Positions 39,019-49,536 of a stretch of 64,000 bases of DNA are shown here, in pieces. The stretch covers positions 32,302-96,301 of the forward strand of contig DAOVGR010000050.1 of the NCBI GenBank assembly GCA_030672305.1. Direction: 5' to 3'. Position 1 is the stretch's first letter. Each line of letters opens with the position of its first letter. The stretch comes from Thermoplasmatales archaeon (GTDB taxonomy: Archaea; Thermoplasmatota; E2; DHVEG-1). The notes beneath the pieces are model-generated. The model saw nothing but the letters and a program-made list of their open reading frames with translations. It had not been told where the DNA came from and did no database searches. A program made the translations under genes and the position numbers.

Positions 39019-40557
39019 TTATGTCAAGGGTACATCCTTTCTTAAATCATCTCTCATTTTTTTTCCAGTTTGTTTCTCCCATTCTTTAATTGTAATTGAA
39101 TGTTTATTTCGGATTTTATCACCTATTCCAAGACCATTGTAAGAACAAAATGGAACAATACCTTCAAGAGTTGTATAATGAATTACACATCGCTCTAAAC
39201 GATCAACATTAAGGTTAAAAGCATCCTGGAACCACATTGATCCAACAAAGAGACTCTTGTAATGAAATCCTCGAAGTGAATCATAGCTTCCACCTATTGC
39301 TGCATCTTTCAAGAGTTTTTTTAGGTTAAAACCACTAGGTGCCTTATTATAATCCACAAATTTGTCAACTTTTGTTAAAAAAGCAGAAGCAACTCTAAGC
39401 TTTTTTAATGGCCCTCTAATTTTACTTTCTTTATCTACAAACTCAAGTAAACCTTCAACATCAATGAATCGTGTAATAGGCATAGGTTTTCCATTATCCA
39501 AAAATATATATGTTGCACCACCACAACCAGGATGAGCAGTAAACTCCACTTGGGTTTCTCCTTTCAATAGTTCGATTAGTTTTGAAATTGGATACACAAA
39601 TGGAACAGGATAAAAATCATCTTTAGATATTTGCCCATTAAATTCCTTTTCTATTGCATCCATCATTTTAACATAGTCAACTCGCTGCATTTCTCGCTTT
39701 TCATCTTTTATTTTTGTTATTCTACCGCAAAATGATACAGGTTGAAAATTTACACCTCTGATTATATCTATGTTATCGAGTGCAAATTTTACTATTTTTC
39801 CTGTCTCATGAAGATTTTTTCCTCCGATCAAAACAGGAACGAGTACTATTTTTAAGTTTACCTTTCTTAAATTATCAATTGCTTTTTTATTAAGATCTAT
39901 CCATGGATTGGTTTTTTTAGTCACACCATCAAAGCTCATATAGACGGTGTTTACCTTTGCTTCTTTTAGCTGCCGGCAATAATCAACACTATCAGCAAGT
40001 TTCAAACTATTAGTATTTACTTGAACATGAGAAAAACCGACTTCCTTAGCCATTTTTACAATATCTAAAAGATCCTTACGAATGGTTGGCTCCCCACCGG
40101 TTATCTGAATTGCTTTAGATCCCATTGGTCGTTCATTTCTTGCTTGAATCAGTAATTCTCTGATTTGTTCTAATGTTGGTTCATATACTCTACCAGATGC
40201 CCCAGCATTCATAAAACAATAGCTACATCTTAGATCACAGCGGTTTGTTACCAAAAGATTTGTAAGAACGCTTTGAGATTTATGCTCATCATATAATGCA
40301 GGTTCATCAAATATTTTAGTTTTAACATCTGGAGCTAAACTTCCTGTAACGATATATTTCATCCACTTTTTATAGAGATTTACATCACTAAAATAGATAT
40401 CTTTGAAAGATCCATGCTTCTTGCATTCTTTCGTTATATATACCTTTCCATCATCCTCAACAATAGCTGCATCTATTTTTTCGATTTTTCCCTCTTGATA
40501 ACAGGCTGGACAAACAGATGTAATTTTTTCTAATTCTCTCATATCCCTTCCATCCAT
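39019..40557 (-). CDS. tes: Tetraether lipid synthase (Tes / GDGT-MAS, MJ0619 family radical SAM)
   Basis: N-terminal CPAC..C.KHG site, TNRCDLRCSYCF, HPGCG, C-terminal RCVIHY..PFC. Confidence 0.8.
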   Translation of the reverse strand: MDGRDMRELEKITSVCPACYQEGKIEKIDAAIVEDDGKVYITKECKKHGSFKDIYFSDVNLYKKWMKYIVTGSLAPDVKTKIFDEPALYDEHKSQSVLTNLLVTNRCDLRCSYCFMNAGASGRVYEPTLEQIRELLIQARNERPMGSKAIQITGGEPTIRKDLLDIVKMAKEVGFSHVQVNTNSLKLADSVDYCRQLKEAKVNTVYMSFDGVTKKTNPWIDLNKKAIDNLRKVNLKIVLVPVLIGGKNLHETGKIVKFALDNIDIIRGVNFQPVSFCGRITKIKDEKREMQRVDYVKMMDAIEKEFNGQISKDDFYPVPFVYPISKLIELLKGETQVEFTAHPGCGGATYIFLDNGKPMPITRFIDVEGLLEFVDKESKIRGPLKKLRVASAFLTKVDKFVDYNKAPSGFNLKKLLKDAAIGGSYDSLRGFHYKSLFVGSMWFQDAFNLNVDRLERCVIHYTTLEGIVPFCSYNGLGIGDKIRNKHSITIKEWEKQTGKKMRDDLRKDVPLT

Positions 40558-40651
40558 TAAGTGGAATGATGAGCCTAAATGTGAAGTTCTATAAAGATTT
40601 AACTATTTAGAGGAGAAAATTTATAACATATTAGAGAATAACCGCAAACTT

Positions 40652-40885
40652 GTGTGTTTAGCTATACCTGGTAAAATTGTTGAAATAAATAAAGACAAAG
40701 AACATGCAGTAGTAGATTATGGGGATGGAACTAAACGTAAAGCTAATGTTACTCTTGTTAATGTAAAAATTGGTGATTATGTATTGGTTCATGCAGGTTT
40801 TGCAATAGAAGTTTTAAATGAAAAAGAAGCAAAAGAAACACTTGATCTTTTTAGAGAAATGCTTTCTGCAGAGGAGGACGTCTAG
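40652..40885 (+). CDS. hypC: Hydrogenase maturation chaperone HypC
   Basis: MCLAIPG, GDYVLVHAGFA. Confidence 0.97.
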   Translation: MCLAIPGKIVEINKDKEHAVVDYGDGTKRKANVTLVNVKIGDYVLVHAGFAIEVLNEKEAKETLDLFREMLSAEEDV

Positions 40886-41967
40886 TGTTTTCTTTACGTG
40901 ATAAGAAACTTGCAGATGAAATTGTTTCGAAAATTAAGAAATTGGAGGTTAACTTAAAATTTATGCATGTATGTGGTACACATCAAGATACTCTTGTAAA
41001 AAATGGTTTAGATGTTCTACTAAAAGATTGTGGAATTGAGATTGGACAAGGTCCAGGTTGTCCGGTCTGTGTTACAACTCCTAAAGAAATCGAAGAAATG
41101 CTACTTCTTGCTAGAAAAGGTAAGACTGTTACAACTTTTGGAGATATGATAAATGTACCTGGTGAAACCCAATCTTTACGTAGCATTCGATCTGAAGGTT
41201 GTGATGTTAGAACTGTGTATGGTATTGAGGATGCCTTAGAAATTGCTAAAAATAACAAGGAAAAAGAAGTTGTTTTTATGGCTGTTGGTTTTGAAACAAC
41301 AGCACCTACTACTGCAACAGTAATACTTAATGAAAATCCACCAGATAATTTTTCAATTCTTTCTTGCCATCGTACAATACCTGAGGCATTAAAAGCAATC
41401 ATTGAAATGGGTGAAATAAAGATAGATGGACTTATTGAACCAGGTCATGTTTCCACAATTATTGGATCAAAACCTTATGAGTTCCTCTCAAAAGATTATA
41501 ATGTTCCTCAAGTAATAGCTGGATTTGAGCCAATTGATGTTTTAATGGGTGCATGGATGCTTGTTCAGCAAATAGAAAAGGATAAGGCTTTTGTTCAGAA
41601 TGAATACAAAAGAGTTGTCCATGAAGAAGGAAATGTTAAAGCTCAGCAGGCAATAAAAAAAGTCTTTGATTCAATAGATTTACAATGGCGAGGCTTTCCA
41701 ATTATTCCAAAATCAGGTCTTGTTTTAAATGACAAATTTGAGAGATATGATGCCCGTAAGAAATTTGAAGATGATCTAGAAGAATTAAAAGATAAGGAGT
41801 TTTTTGAGCATAAAGGTTGTCGATGTGGAGAATTGCTACGAGGATTAGCATCACCAAAAGACTGTCCTTTATTTGGTCAGGCATGTACACCGGAAACCCC
41901 AGTTGGCCCTTGTATGGTAAGTATTGAAGGCAGTTGTAATATTGAATACCGATATTCAGAAAAATAA
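40885..41967 (+). CDS. hypD: Hydrogenase maturation protein HypD
   Basis: HVCGTH, GPGCPVC, GFETTAP, GPCMVS.EG.C. Confidence 0.97.
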   Translation: MFSLRDKKLADEIVSKIKKLEVNLKFMHVCGTHQDTLVKNGLDVLLKDCGIEIGQGPGCPVCVTTPKEIEEMLLLARKGKTVTTFGDMINVPGETQSLRSIRSEGCDVRTVYGIEDALEIAKNNKEKEVVFMAVGFETTAPTTATVILNENPPDNFSILSCHRTIPEALKAIIEMGEIKIDGLIEPGHVSTIIGSKPYEFLSKDYNVPQVIAGFEPIDVLMGAWMLVQQIEKDKAFVQNEYKRVVHEEGNVKAQQAIKKVFDSIDLQWRGFPIIPKSGLVLNDKFERYDARKKFEDDLEELKDKEFFEHKGCRCGELLRGLASPKDCPLFGQACTPETPVGPCMVSIEGSCNIEYRYSEK

Positions 41968-42666
41968 TTGGTAATCAGTATGAATTATAACGATGTTATA
42001 AATCAGTTAAAATCAATGAGTGAGCCTAAAAATGTTGAGGGAATGGCTCGTTATGGAATTAACCCAAAAAATAACCTTGGCATTTCTATTTACAAATTAA
42101 GACCTCTTGCAAAAAAGATAGGTAAGAATCACAATCTTTCTTTAAAACTATGGAATTCTGGTATTCATGACGCAAGATTACTAGCAGTGTTTGTTGAGAA
42201 CCCTTCACAAGTTACAGAGAAACAAATGGATTCATGGGCAAAAGATTTTGATTCTTGGGATGTATGTGACCAAGCATGTACTAGTCTTTTTGATTTAACA
42301 CCACATGCATGGAAAAAGGTATATGAATGGGCAAATCGAGATGAGGAATTTGTAAAGCGCGCAGCTTTTTCAATTATTGCAGGTCTTGCAGTTCATGATA
42401 AAAAAGCAGCTGATATAAAATTTGAAGAGTTATTTATAATTATTAAAAGAGAAGCAACAGACGGTCGTAACTATGTTAAAAAAGCTGTAAATTGGGCTTT
42501 GAGAAATATTGGCAAAAGAAATCTTGGATTAAATAAAAAAGCAATAAACACAGCAAAAGAAATCAAAAAAATAGATTCAAAATCAGCAAAATGGATTGCA
42601 AATGATGTTATTCGGGAGCTTACCAGTAGTAAAATTCAAGAAAGAATAAAAAATAAAATTAACTAA
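41968..42666 (+). CDS. DNA alkylation repair protein (AlkD-like); likely start ATG 41980
   Basis: DSWDVCD, D.RNYVKKAVNWALRNIGK. Confidence 0.88.
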   Translation: MVISMNYNDVINQLKSMSEPKNVEGMARYGINPKNNLGISIYKLRPLAKKIGKNHNLSLKLWNSGIHDARLLAVFVENPSQVTEKQMDSWAKDFDSWDVCDQACTSLFDLTPHAWKKVYEWANRDEEFVKRAAFSIIAGLAVHDKKAADIKFEELFIIIKREATDGRNYVKKAVNWALRNIGKRNLGLNKKAINTAKEIKKIDSKSAKWIANDVIRELTSSKIQERIKNKIN

Positions 42667-44348
42667 CTTGACTTTGTCAGATTAGCAAAAATCAGTATGC
42701 ATATGCTAAATATTGCAGCCTCTGTTGCAATAATAAAATCAACATAAATCAGCTATTTTCTATGATTCTCTTCAAAATGCATCTGCTGGTGTATTCAGCA
42801 GATAAGAAACAATCTTTCTATTACTAACCTAAGAAGGTAAGAACTACCTCCGACAATATCTTGTTACTCACTTGTTATTTATTCCGCCGGTGATGCGAAT
42901 GGCGAGCAGACAACCGACGTTTATGTTTCTCAAGGATGAGTTGTATCAACTCTTCACTGGTTACATGCCTTTTTGGCATGATGACTTCAAAAATCTCTTT
43001 GACGTCCTGCACAGTTAAAAACTCAACTTTCTTCCCCAAATCTATGGATAGCACCATAAGATATAGCATTGCAAGAATAGTCATGGTCATATGATGATGC
43101 CAACCAGTCCAATTACGTACCTGATAATCTGCCAGTCCTGCGATGCCTTTTCCATCTTCAAATGTTCTTTCAATCCAATACCTGCTCCCAGACATTTGAC
43201 CTAAACGATTAATACATGTATCAACAGGAGCATTTGATAACTGATATTTAATTTCTTTACTCTTTGGATCCTTTCGGATGATCAACCAGCATTCATCTCC
43301 GGGGAGGCTATCATTTTCACTTGGAAATACACGCGGGCAGGCCATATCTGCCCATAACTCCCTTCGCTCGGTATCTCGGATAAACACATGATGCCACTCC
43401 TCGCCATCCAGTTGATCTTTAAGATCTCTCACCTTAATTGAATCTGCTCCTTCAATCACTTTCTCACGAGTAGGATTACGACCACGAACACCTTTTTTAC
43501 GTGACGGCACTCCTGTTATCGGACGCTCCAACCATACACCAAGGTTACAAGGAATATCAGCAATATACACCAAACCCTGTGCATCTATCTTGTTTCTCAA
43601 CCATGAGTCACGACCATAGAAACAATCTATCCCCACCCAGCCGAAAGGCACCTTGTTCTTCTTTTGTGCATGAAGAATCATCTCCCATGCAAGCTCTGTT
43701 TTTTTCTTAAAACGAACATACCATGGCACCCCGCATTTCCTCCGACGTACCTTATCCGGTATCCATTCCTTTGGAAGAAATAATCGTTCATCAATCAACG
43801 TCCTATAAGAGTCCTTGGTATATCCAAGGAAGATACCTACCTGACAATTCGCTATCTTTCCTAGTCGACCGCAATACTGTGGAGCCGCACCCACTGAATC
43901 AGTTCCTTGTTTAGGAAAACAACATTCATCAATATGTATTGAACCTTTATTTTTATCTCCAATAGCATCAATGACGTCACGTTGAATATGATTAATTACA
44001 GGTCGATGATTCCATGGTGAATTAGATACAAAATGTTGCAGGGATTGATTGTTACAATCAGGAACATCTTTTGCATATGAACACATGTTACCTCTACCTT
44101 TTCCAAGCAGCTTTCCCTGAATGTACTGGAATGATTGCTTTGCCATATTTCGGGTTTTTGTTAAAAAATACAAGGCATATCCATCATGGAAACATTTAAG
44201 CTTATCATGTGATCCATCTAAATCCTTTACGGATAATGAAAACTTCATTTATGCATCCCATCCACTGATGGGAAGGTAGATGGATGTTTAAAAAGGATAT
44301 TGTGTATTTTACCTTAATTGAAAAAAAATCTAAAGTGACAAAGTCAAG
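42667..44348 (-). mobile_element. Apparently complete IS701-family insertion sequence (1682 bp)
   Basis: Perfect 13-bp inverted repeats CTTGACTTTGTCA (42667-42679) and TGACAAAGTCAAG (44336-44348); CTAA duplicated at 42663-42666 and 44349-44352; visibly more GC-rich than the flanks. Confidence 0.93.
42875..44248 (-). CDS. IS701-family DDE transposase
   Basis: LQHFVSNSPW, IDE..FPKQG, QYCGRLGKIANCQ, D..YG, RYWIERTFEDGK, DYQVRNW.GWHHH. Confidence 0.94.
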   Translation of the reverse strand: MKFSLSVKDLDGSHDKLKCFHDGYALYFLTKTRNMAKQSFQYIQGKLLGKGRGNMCSYAKDVPDCNNQSLQHFVSNSPWNHRPVINHIQRDVIDAIGDKNKGSIHIDECCFPKQGTDSVGAAPQYCGRLGKIANCQVGIFLGYTKDSYRTLIDERLFLPKEWIPDKVRRRKCGVPWYVRFKKKTELAWEMILHAQKKNKVPFGWVGIDCFYGRDSWLRNKIDAQGLVYIADIPCNLGVWLERPITGVPSRKKGVRGRNPTREKVIEGADSIKVRDLKDQLDGEEWHHVFIRDTERRELWADMACPRVFPSENDSLPGDECWLIIRKDPKSKEIKYQLSNAPVDTCINRLGQMSGSRYWIERTFEDGKGIAGLADYQVRNWTGWHHHMTMTILAMLYLMVLSIDLGKKVEFLTVQDVKEIFEVIMPKRHVTSEELIQLILEKHKRRLSARHSHHRRNK

Positions 44349-44358
44349 CTAATGTAAT

Positions 44359-44607
44359 TTATTTTGGCTTGTATTTATCCATTTTTTTATTTGCAATTTT
44401 GCTTGTTATTATATAATAAGTATATACTAAAACAAGCTCAATTGCAAAAATAATTAAAAACCAAACAAAAGTAGAACCAATCCTTAATAGATTATTTGTA
44501 TTTGTTATATCTAAACCAAAAGTTATAACAATAGAACCTAAGAATGGTATAAACATACCAACAATTACTATTATTAGTATCTGTATCAAATCCCTGTTTT
44601 TACCCAT
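44359..44607 (-). CDS. Small 2-TM membrane protein
   Basis: Two hydrophobic helices, directly downstream of hypF. Confidence 0.65.
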   Translation of the reverse strand: MGKNRDLIQILIIVIVGMFIPFLGSIVITFGLDITNTNNLLRIGSTFVWFLIIFAIELVLVYTYYIITSKIANKKMDKYKPK

Positions 44608-44653
44608 AACACATCAGCGATAAATAATTGATTTTTAAAAGTTACTTAATGAT

Positions 44654-46846
44654 TTAAGAATTCAGTTTATTCCCAATAATAGCATTTTGACCAATAGAAA
44701 TACCACCATCACCATTAGGAATCTGATTATGAACGGTTAACTTCAATCCTGCTTTTTCAACTTGTTTTTCTATCATCTCTACAATAGGAATATTGTAAGA
44801 TACCCCGCCTGTTAATCCAACGTTCTTAATACCTAAATTATCTGTATAATCAATAGCTATATTTGTAAGATCATCAAGAATAGTTTTAACAAACGAAAAA
44901 ACAAAATCTGCTTTTTCTTTTTCAGTTAGAGGTTTATTTATCATCTCATCAAGTTGTCTAAATAGATCAATAGTACCAACAACACCATTTTTTACTTCAC
45001 TGTTAAATGAATATTTAGATTCCCCAACAGAAAGATACTTCTCAAGCTTCATAGCAGGTTCACCATCATAAGTTCTCTTTGTACATATATTTAGATAACA
45101 GGAAAGAGTATCAAGTACACGTCCTAGACTGCATGATTGTGGTGATTTATCCATTAATTTACTAAGGATAGATGCTTCATCTCCTGTAAAGAATTTTTCA
45201 ATATCGAATTTTTTAAAAACGGCAAAAACAAGTCTTCGTGGATCACGGGTTGCCTGGTCACCACCAAGAAGAGGAATATATCCAAGATGACCAACACGAT
45301 CAAATTCTTCAAAATTTGAAATAAGAATTTCCCCACCCCAATAAGTTCCGTCGCTGCCATATCCAAGACCATCTAATGTTAAAACAACGCTTTCCTTAAT
45401 ATTTCTATCAACTAAAAGTGAAACAGCATGAGCCCAATGATGTTGAACTTCAAATAAAGGAACTGAAAATTCCTCAGAAAACTTCTTAGCTATCTTTCTT
45501 GAATCGTAACCTGGATGAAGATCCTGAACAATAGCATCAATCTTAGGCTTCTTCATTATAAGTTTTATAAGATAATTCAGGCTATCTTCTAAAAATTCAA
45601 GGGTTGAATAGTATTTTGAATTGCCAATATACTGAGTTGCATAAACACTTTTATTATGAGAAATTGCACCTGTAATGTTTTCACCAGCACCAACACTTAA
45701 AATTCGATTATTATATGAAACAGCAATAGGTTCTGGAACATAACCTCGTGATCTCCTAATAAAAAAGGTATTATCTTTCCACAACCTAACAACAGAATCA
45801 TCGACTCTATTTGGTATACTTCTATTATGTAAAAGGTAAATATCTGCATCTATAGAAAATGCTTCCTCATCTGTAGTAATCATTGCCTCTCCAGGAATAT
45901 TTGAAGAGGTCATTACAAGAGCATCTGATTTTAAATATGAAAAGAGAAGATGGTGCAAACCAGTATAGGGTAAAAATAATCCAATTGTGTTTAATCCAGG
46001 AGATACTTCTTCACAATTGATCTTATTTAAAAGAACAATAGGTCTGCTCTTAGAAAGTAATTTTTTTTTCTCATCTTCATTTATATTAGCGTATTTTTTT
46101 GCAGTTTCAAGGTCTCTAACCATCAAAGCAAAAGCTTTTTGTGGACGGCCATACCACCCTCTAAACCGACTAATTTGACTAAGATTACAGCACAGATGCA
46201 TTCCACCCCATGATTTTATAACGCCAATTTTACCAGCATCTATCTGATTTGCAAAACGCTTTATTGCATGTTTTTCTCCTAGATCTTTTTTCTTTTTGTC
46301 ATATAAATTATATTTCGGACCACATTTTGGGCAAGAAATCGTCTGAGCATGATAACGGCGATTTAAGGGATTTTTATATTCTTGTTGACAGTCCCTGCAT
46401 AACTTAAATACGTCCATGCTAGTTCTTTCTCTATCATATGGAACATCTTTTACTAGACTATAGCGGGCACCACAAACAGTACAATTAGTAAAAGGAAAAT
46501 GATAACGCCTATCTTTTTCATCCAAAAGCTCTTTCAAACAATCATTACAGATTCCAACATCAATAGGAATTAATGATTGTCTTTCGCCTTTTTCACTATG
46601 AAGAATTTTAAAATCGTCAAATGTTCTATTATCATTTTTTTCAATAATTTCTGTTATCTTTGCAATTGATGGTAGATGATCTTTTACTTGTTTGATAAAT
46701 TCATCTTTTTTTTTATCTATAACTACTTCTACCTCTGAGCCCTTGTTTAAAACATAACCATTTAGATTTAATTTTTTTGCAATGCGATAAATAGTTGGTC
46801 TAAAACCTACTCCTTGTACTACACCTTTAAAGATAAGTTTCATCAA
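44654..46846 (-). CDS. hypF: Carbamoyltransferase HypF
   Basis: GVVQGVGFRP acylphosphatase domain, CxxC zinc fingers, DLHP, QHH.AH, DGGISIGQ. Confidence 0.97.
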   Translation of the reverse strand: MMKLIFKGVVQGVGFRPTIYRIAKKLNLNGYVLNKGSEVEVVIDKKKDEFIKQVKDHLPSIAKITEIIEKNDNRTFDDFKILHSEKGERQSLIPIDVGICNDCLKELLDEKDRRYHFPFTNCTVCGARYSLVKDVPYDRERTSMDVFKLCRDCQQEYKNPLNRRYHAQTISCPKCGPKYNLYDKKKKDLGEKHAIKRFANQIDAGKIGVIKSWGGMHLCCNLSQISRFRGWYGRPQKAFALMVRDLETAKKYANINEDEKKKLLSKSRPIVLLNKINCEEVSPGLNTIGLFLPYTGLHHLLFSYLKSDALVMTSSNIPGEAMITTDEEAFSIDADIYLLHNRSIPNRVDDSVVRLWKDNTFFIRRSRGYVPEPIAVSYNNRILSVGAGENITGAISHNKSVYATQYIGNSKYYSTLEFLEDSLNYLIKLIMKKPKIDAIVQDLHPGYDSRKIAKKFSEEFSVPLFEVQHHWAHAVSLLVDRNIKESVVLTLDGLGYGSDGTYWGGEILISNFEEFDRVGHLGYIPLLGGDQATRDPRRLVFAVFKKFDIEKFFTGDEASILSKLMDKSPQSCSLGRVLDTLSCYLNICTKRTYDGEPAMKLEKYLSVGESKYSFNSEVKNGVVGTIDLFRQLDEMINKPLTEKEKADFVFSFVKTILDDLTNIAIDYTDNLGIKNVGLTGGVSYNIPIVEMIEKQVEKAGLKLTVHNQIPNGDGGISIGQNAIIGNKLNS

Positions 46847-46853
46847 ATCTTAC

Positions 46854-47255
46854 CTATTCAACAATTAAATCCTTGGAATAAGGATCTGCATCAGCAAGTA
46901 AAAACTCATCACCCATGGTCAAACAATTTGTTGGACAAACATCATTACATTGACTGCAAAAACAACATCTAGCAAGAAATATCTTAATTTTTTTCTCCTT
47001 GGGTTTAAATTCAATAGCTTCACAAGGGCAGTACTTTATGCACAGTTGACATCCAGTACATTTTTCTTTGTCATATTTTATTTTTCCACGGAAGCCTTTA
47101 GGTGTTTGAATTGGTGGAACAATCTCTGCCTTACCTTCACCAACATCTGCTAAAAATTGAGTTGTATTTGAAGGTGCATATTTAGCAGGAAACTTATTTG
47201 TCCATGGTTTTTTAAACATTTGAACAAAAACTGATGGTAACATAGAAAATCTCAT
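46854..47255 (-). CDS. 2x[4Fe-4S] hydrogenase subunit (MbhN/NuoI-like)
   Basis: FRGKI, CTGCQLC..CP and CCFCSQC..CP. Confidence 0.9.
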   Translation of the reverse strand: MRFSMLPSVFVQMFKKPWTNKFPAKYAPSNTTQFLADVGEGKAEIVPPIQTPKGFRGKIKYDKEKCTGCQLCIKYCPCEAIEFKPKEKKIKIFLARCCFCSQCNDVCPTNCLTMGDEFLLADADPYSKDLIVE

Positions 47256-48487
47256 TTCATAAACCTCCTTGTCTTTTCAACACTCATTTTATGCAACTGT
47301 TCTTTAGTGAGTTCATATTTACTATTATTATTTACTATAGCAACTCTATTTGTACATGACATACAGGGATCTGTTGATGCTGCAACAATAGGAATATCAG
47401 CAATTTGTTCACCTTTTAACATTGGAATCCAGGGGAGTATATTGTTATATGTTGGTGCACGGACCTTCCAGGTGTAAGGATTTTCAGTTTGTCCATTAAA
47501 TTTAACATAATGGATAACCTCGCCACGTGGTGCCTCATGTCTACCAACTCCTTCTCCATTTACTTTTTTCAGCTGATTCATAAGTTTTGGAATTTTTGGT
47601 TCAGAAACAATTTCACCGGCAGGCATTTCATCGATACACTGTTCAACAAGATCAATTGATTGTTTAACTTCCAAAAGTCTTTGAATAATTCTATCATATA
47701 CATCTCCATTTATATTACCTGTTAAGACATCTGGAGTGATATAATCAATATCTAGATCACCATATGCAAAATAAGAGGTATCAACTCTAACATCCTTTTT
47801 TACACCAGATGCTCTGGTAGTTGGTCCTACTGCACAGAGTTTTAACGCATCTTTCTTTGTTAAAATCCCAGCACCCTGACTTCGCATTTTAATTGTCTTA
47901 TCATCAAGAAATATATGACGTAATTTCTCAAAATTATCTTTAAAGAATTGCAGATCTCTTTTAATTCTAGGAAGCATGTCTTTTGTGATATCCCTTCTAA
48001 TACCTCCTATCGTCATTATACCCTTTGTTATACGATTACCTGTTAAATATTCTGTAAGATCAAGTGCTTTTTCTCGAATCTGCCAGGTAAAATACAAAAC
48101 TGTATCAAAACCAATTTCATGTGCGGCAACACCAGCCCATAGAATATGAGAACAAATTCTCTCAAGCTCTCCTTGAATAACTCTAAGGTACTCTGCACGT
48201 TCTGGTACTTGAATATCAGCTGCAGCTTCGACAGCAAGGGAAAATGCGGCAGGATGACAATAAGAACAAATTCCACAAATTCTTTCAGCCAAATATAATA
48301 CCTGAATCGGATTTCTTTTTCTGGAAGCCCATTCAACACCTCTGTGAATATGACCGAGTTTTACATTAACATCTATAATCCTCTCTCCATCGATCTCAAA
48401 TTCAAAATATACAGGTTCTTTTAATGCAGGGTGAATAGGTCCAACTGGAATATGATATGATGTTTTTGTGGTAGCTGTTTGTTTCAT
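47252..48487 (-). CDS. Group 4 [NiFe]-hydrogenase large subunit (MbhL-like)
   Basis: GPIHPAL, L1 motif ERICGIC, L2 motif DPCMSCTNR followed by a C-terminal extension. Confidence 0.93.
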   Translation of the reverse strand: MKQTATTKTSYHIPVGPIHPALKEPVYFEFEIDGERIIDVNVKLGHIHRGVEWASRKRNPIQVLYLAERICGICSYCHPAAFSLAVEAAADIQVPERAEYLRVIQGELERICSHILWAGVAAHEIGFDTVLYFTWQIREKALDLTEYLTGNRITKGIMTIGGIRRDITKDMLPRIKRDLQFFKDNFEKLRHIFLDDKTIKMRSQGAGILTKKDALKLCAVGPTTRASGVKKDVRVDTSYFAYGDLDIDYITPDVLTGNINGDVYDRIIQRLLEVKQSIDLVEQCIDEMPAGEIVSEPKIPKLMNQLKKVNGEGVGRHEAPRGEVIHYVKFNGQTENPYTWKVRAPTYNNILPWIPMLKGEQIADIPIVAASTDPCMSCTNRVAIVNNNSKYELTKEQLHKMSVEKTRRFMK

Positions 48488-49020
48488 TTTTTCACCTCAT
48501 GTAAATTCTTATATAATTTTTCAACGCCAGTTTCATCTCTACGCCATGGATAAACACCTTGAGGAAAATCATCAGGTAAAAAGCATCTTTTATCATCAGG
48601 AATTCCTTTAATCTTAACTCCAAGCATTTCCATTTTTTCACGTTCTGTAATAAGAGCTCCTGGGATTAAGTCACATATTGTTTCAATTTCGGGATTTGAT
48701 TTTGGTAACTCAACTGAAATATTAAAATTAATTTCTTCCATGCGAGTACCATAATTAACTGTAAAATGATAAATCAATTCTATGTTTTTACCAAGATCAT
48801 TACCTGATGTTACAGCAAGATGTGGAAATTGAAGATCACAAAGATGTTTAATTGCATCCTTAAAAACACTCTTATCAATCTTCATCCAAATATTAGCTGT
48901 CTGATTTTTCTTTATACCCGCAGGACGTTTCTTGATCTTGGCATCCTTGATTTTTGTTTTAAATTTATCTTTAAATGACTTAACAATTGCTTCAGGTGTT
49001 AACTTTTTATCTTTGGTCAT
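48484..49020 (-). CDS. NuoC/MbhK-like subunit
   Basis: ELIYHF, ERE..EMLG, FLPDDFP..YPWR. Confidence 0.88.
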   Translation of the reverse strand: MTKDKKLTPEAIVKSFKDKFKTKIKDAKIKKRPAGIKKNQTANIWMKIDKSVFKDAIKHLCDLQFPHLAVTSGNDLGKNIELIYHFTVNYGTRMEEINFNISVELPKSNPEIETICDLIPGALITEREKMEMLGVKIKGIPDDKRCFLPDDFPQGVYPWRRDETGVEKLYKNLHEVKK

Positions 49021-49454
49021 TTCTTAGCCTCCAATGTTTCTAATTTGACCCATGCCTTTGCAACTGCATTAATTATTGCCTCAGGTCGCGGCGGACAACC
49101 AATTACATGAACATCAACAGGTAAAATTTTATTAACTGGACCAACAAGATTATAAGACTCATAAAAGACATCACCAGTATTACCACAATTACCTACGCAT
49201 ATAACTGCCTTCGGATCGGGCATCTGTGCATATACACGTTTAACCTTGTCCTCCATCTGTCTGGTCACTGGTCCAGTAACCAATAACACATCTGCATGAC
49301 GTGGTGTGCCAACAAGTCTTATACCAAAACGCTCAACATCATAGCGAGGACATAAAGCTGCTATAATTTCGATGTCACAACCATTACATGAACCAGAGTT
49401 GCAATGGTATACCCATAAAGCCCTTTTAAAAGACTTAGTAAGACCTTTTGCCAT
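49017..49454 (-). CDS. Hydrogenase small subunit (MbhJ/NuoB-like)
   Basis: SGSCNGCDIE, PRHADVLLVTGPVT, VGNC, GCPPRP; GGAGG RBS. Confidence 0.93.
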   Translation of the reverse strand: MAKGLTKSFKRALWVYHCNSGSCNGCDIEIIAALCPRYDVERFGIRLVGTPRHADVLLVTGPVTRQMEDKVKRVYAQMPDPKAVICVGNCGNTGDVFYESYNLVGPVNKILPVDVHVIGCPPRPEAIINAVAKAWVKLETLEAKK

Positions 49455-49536
49455 AAAATAATGCCTCCATGAACCTAATAAGTTCTGTTTTTGGTAATCT
49501 TATATACTATTTAAAAATTTGTGGAAATAATAAATA

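Noticed and set aside
44254-44286. Hairpin TCCCATC-CACT-GATGGGA before the transposase start (also ATCTGCTG/CAGCAGAT near 42781-42803)
   Set aside because: Internal to the IS; plausible expression control but not an independent feature.
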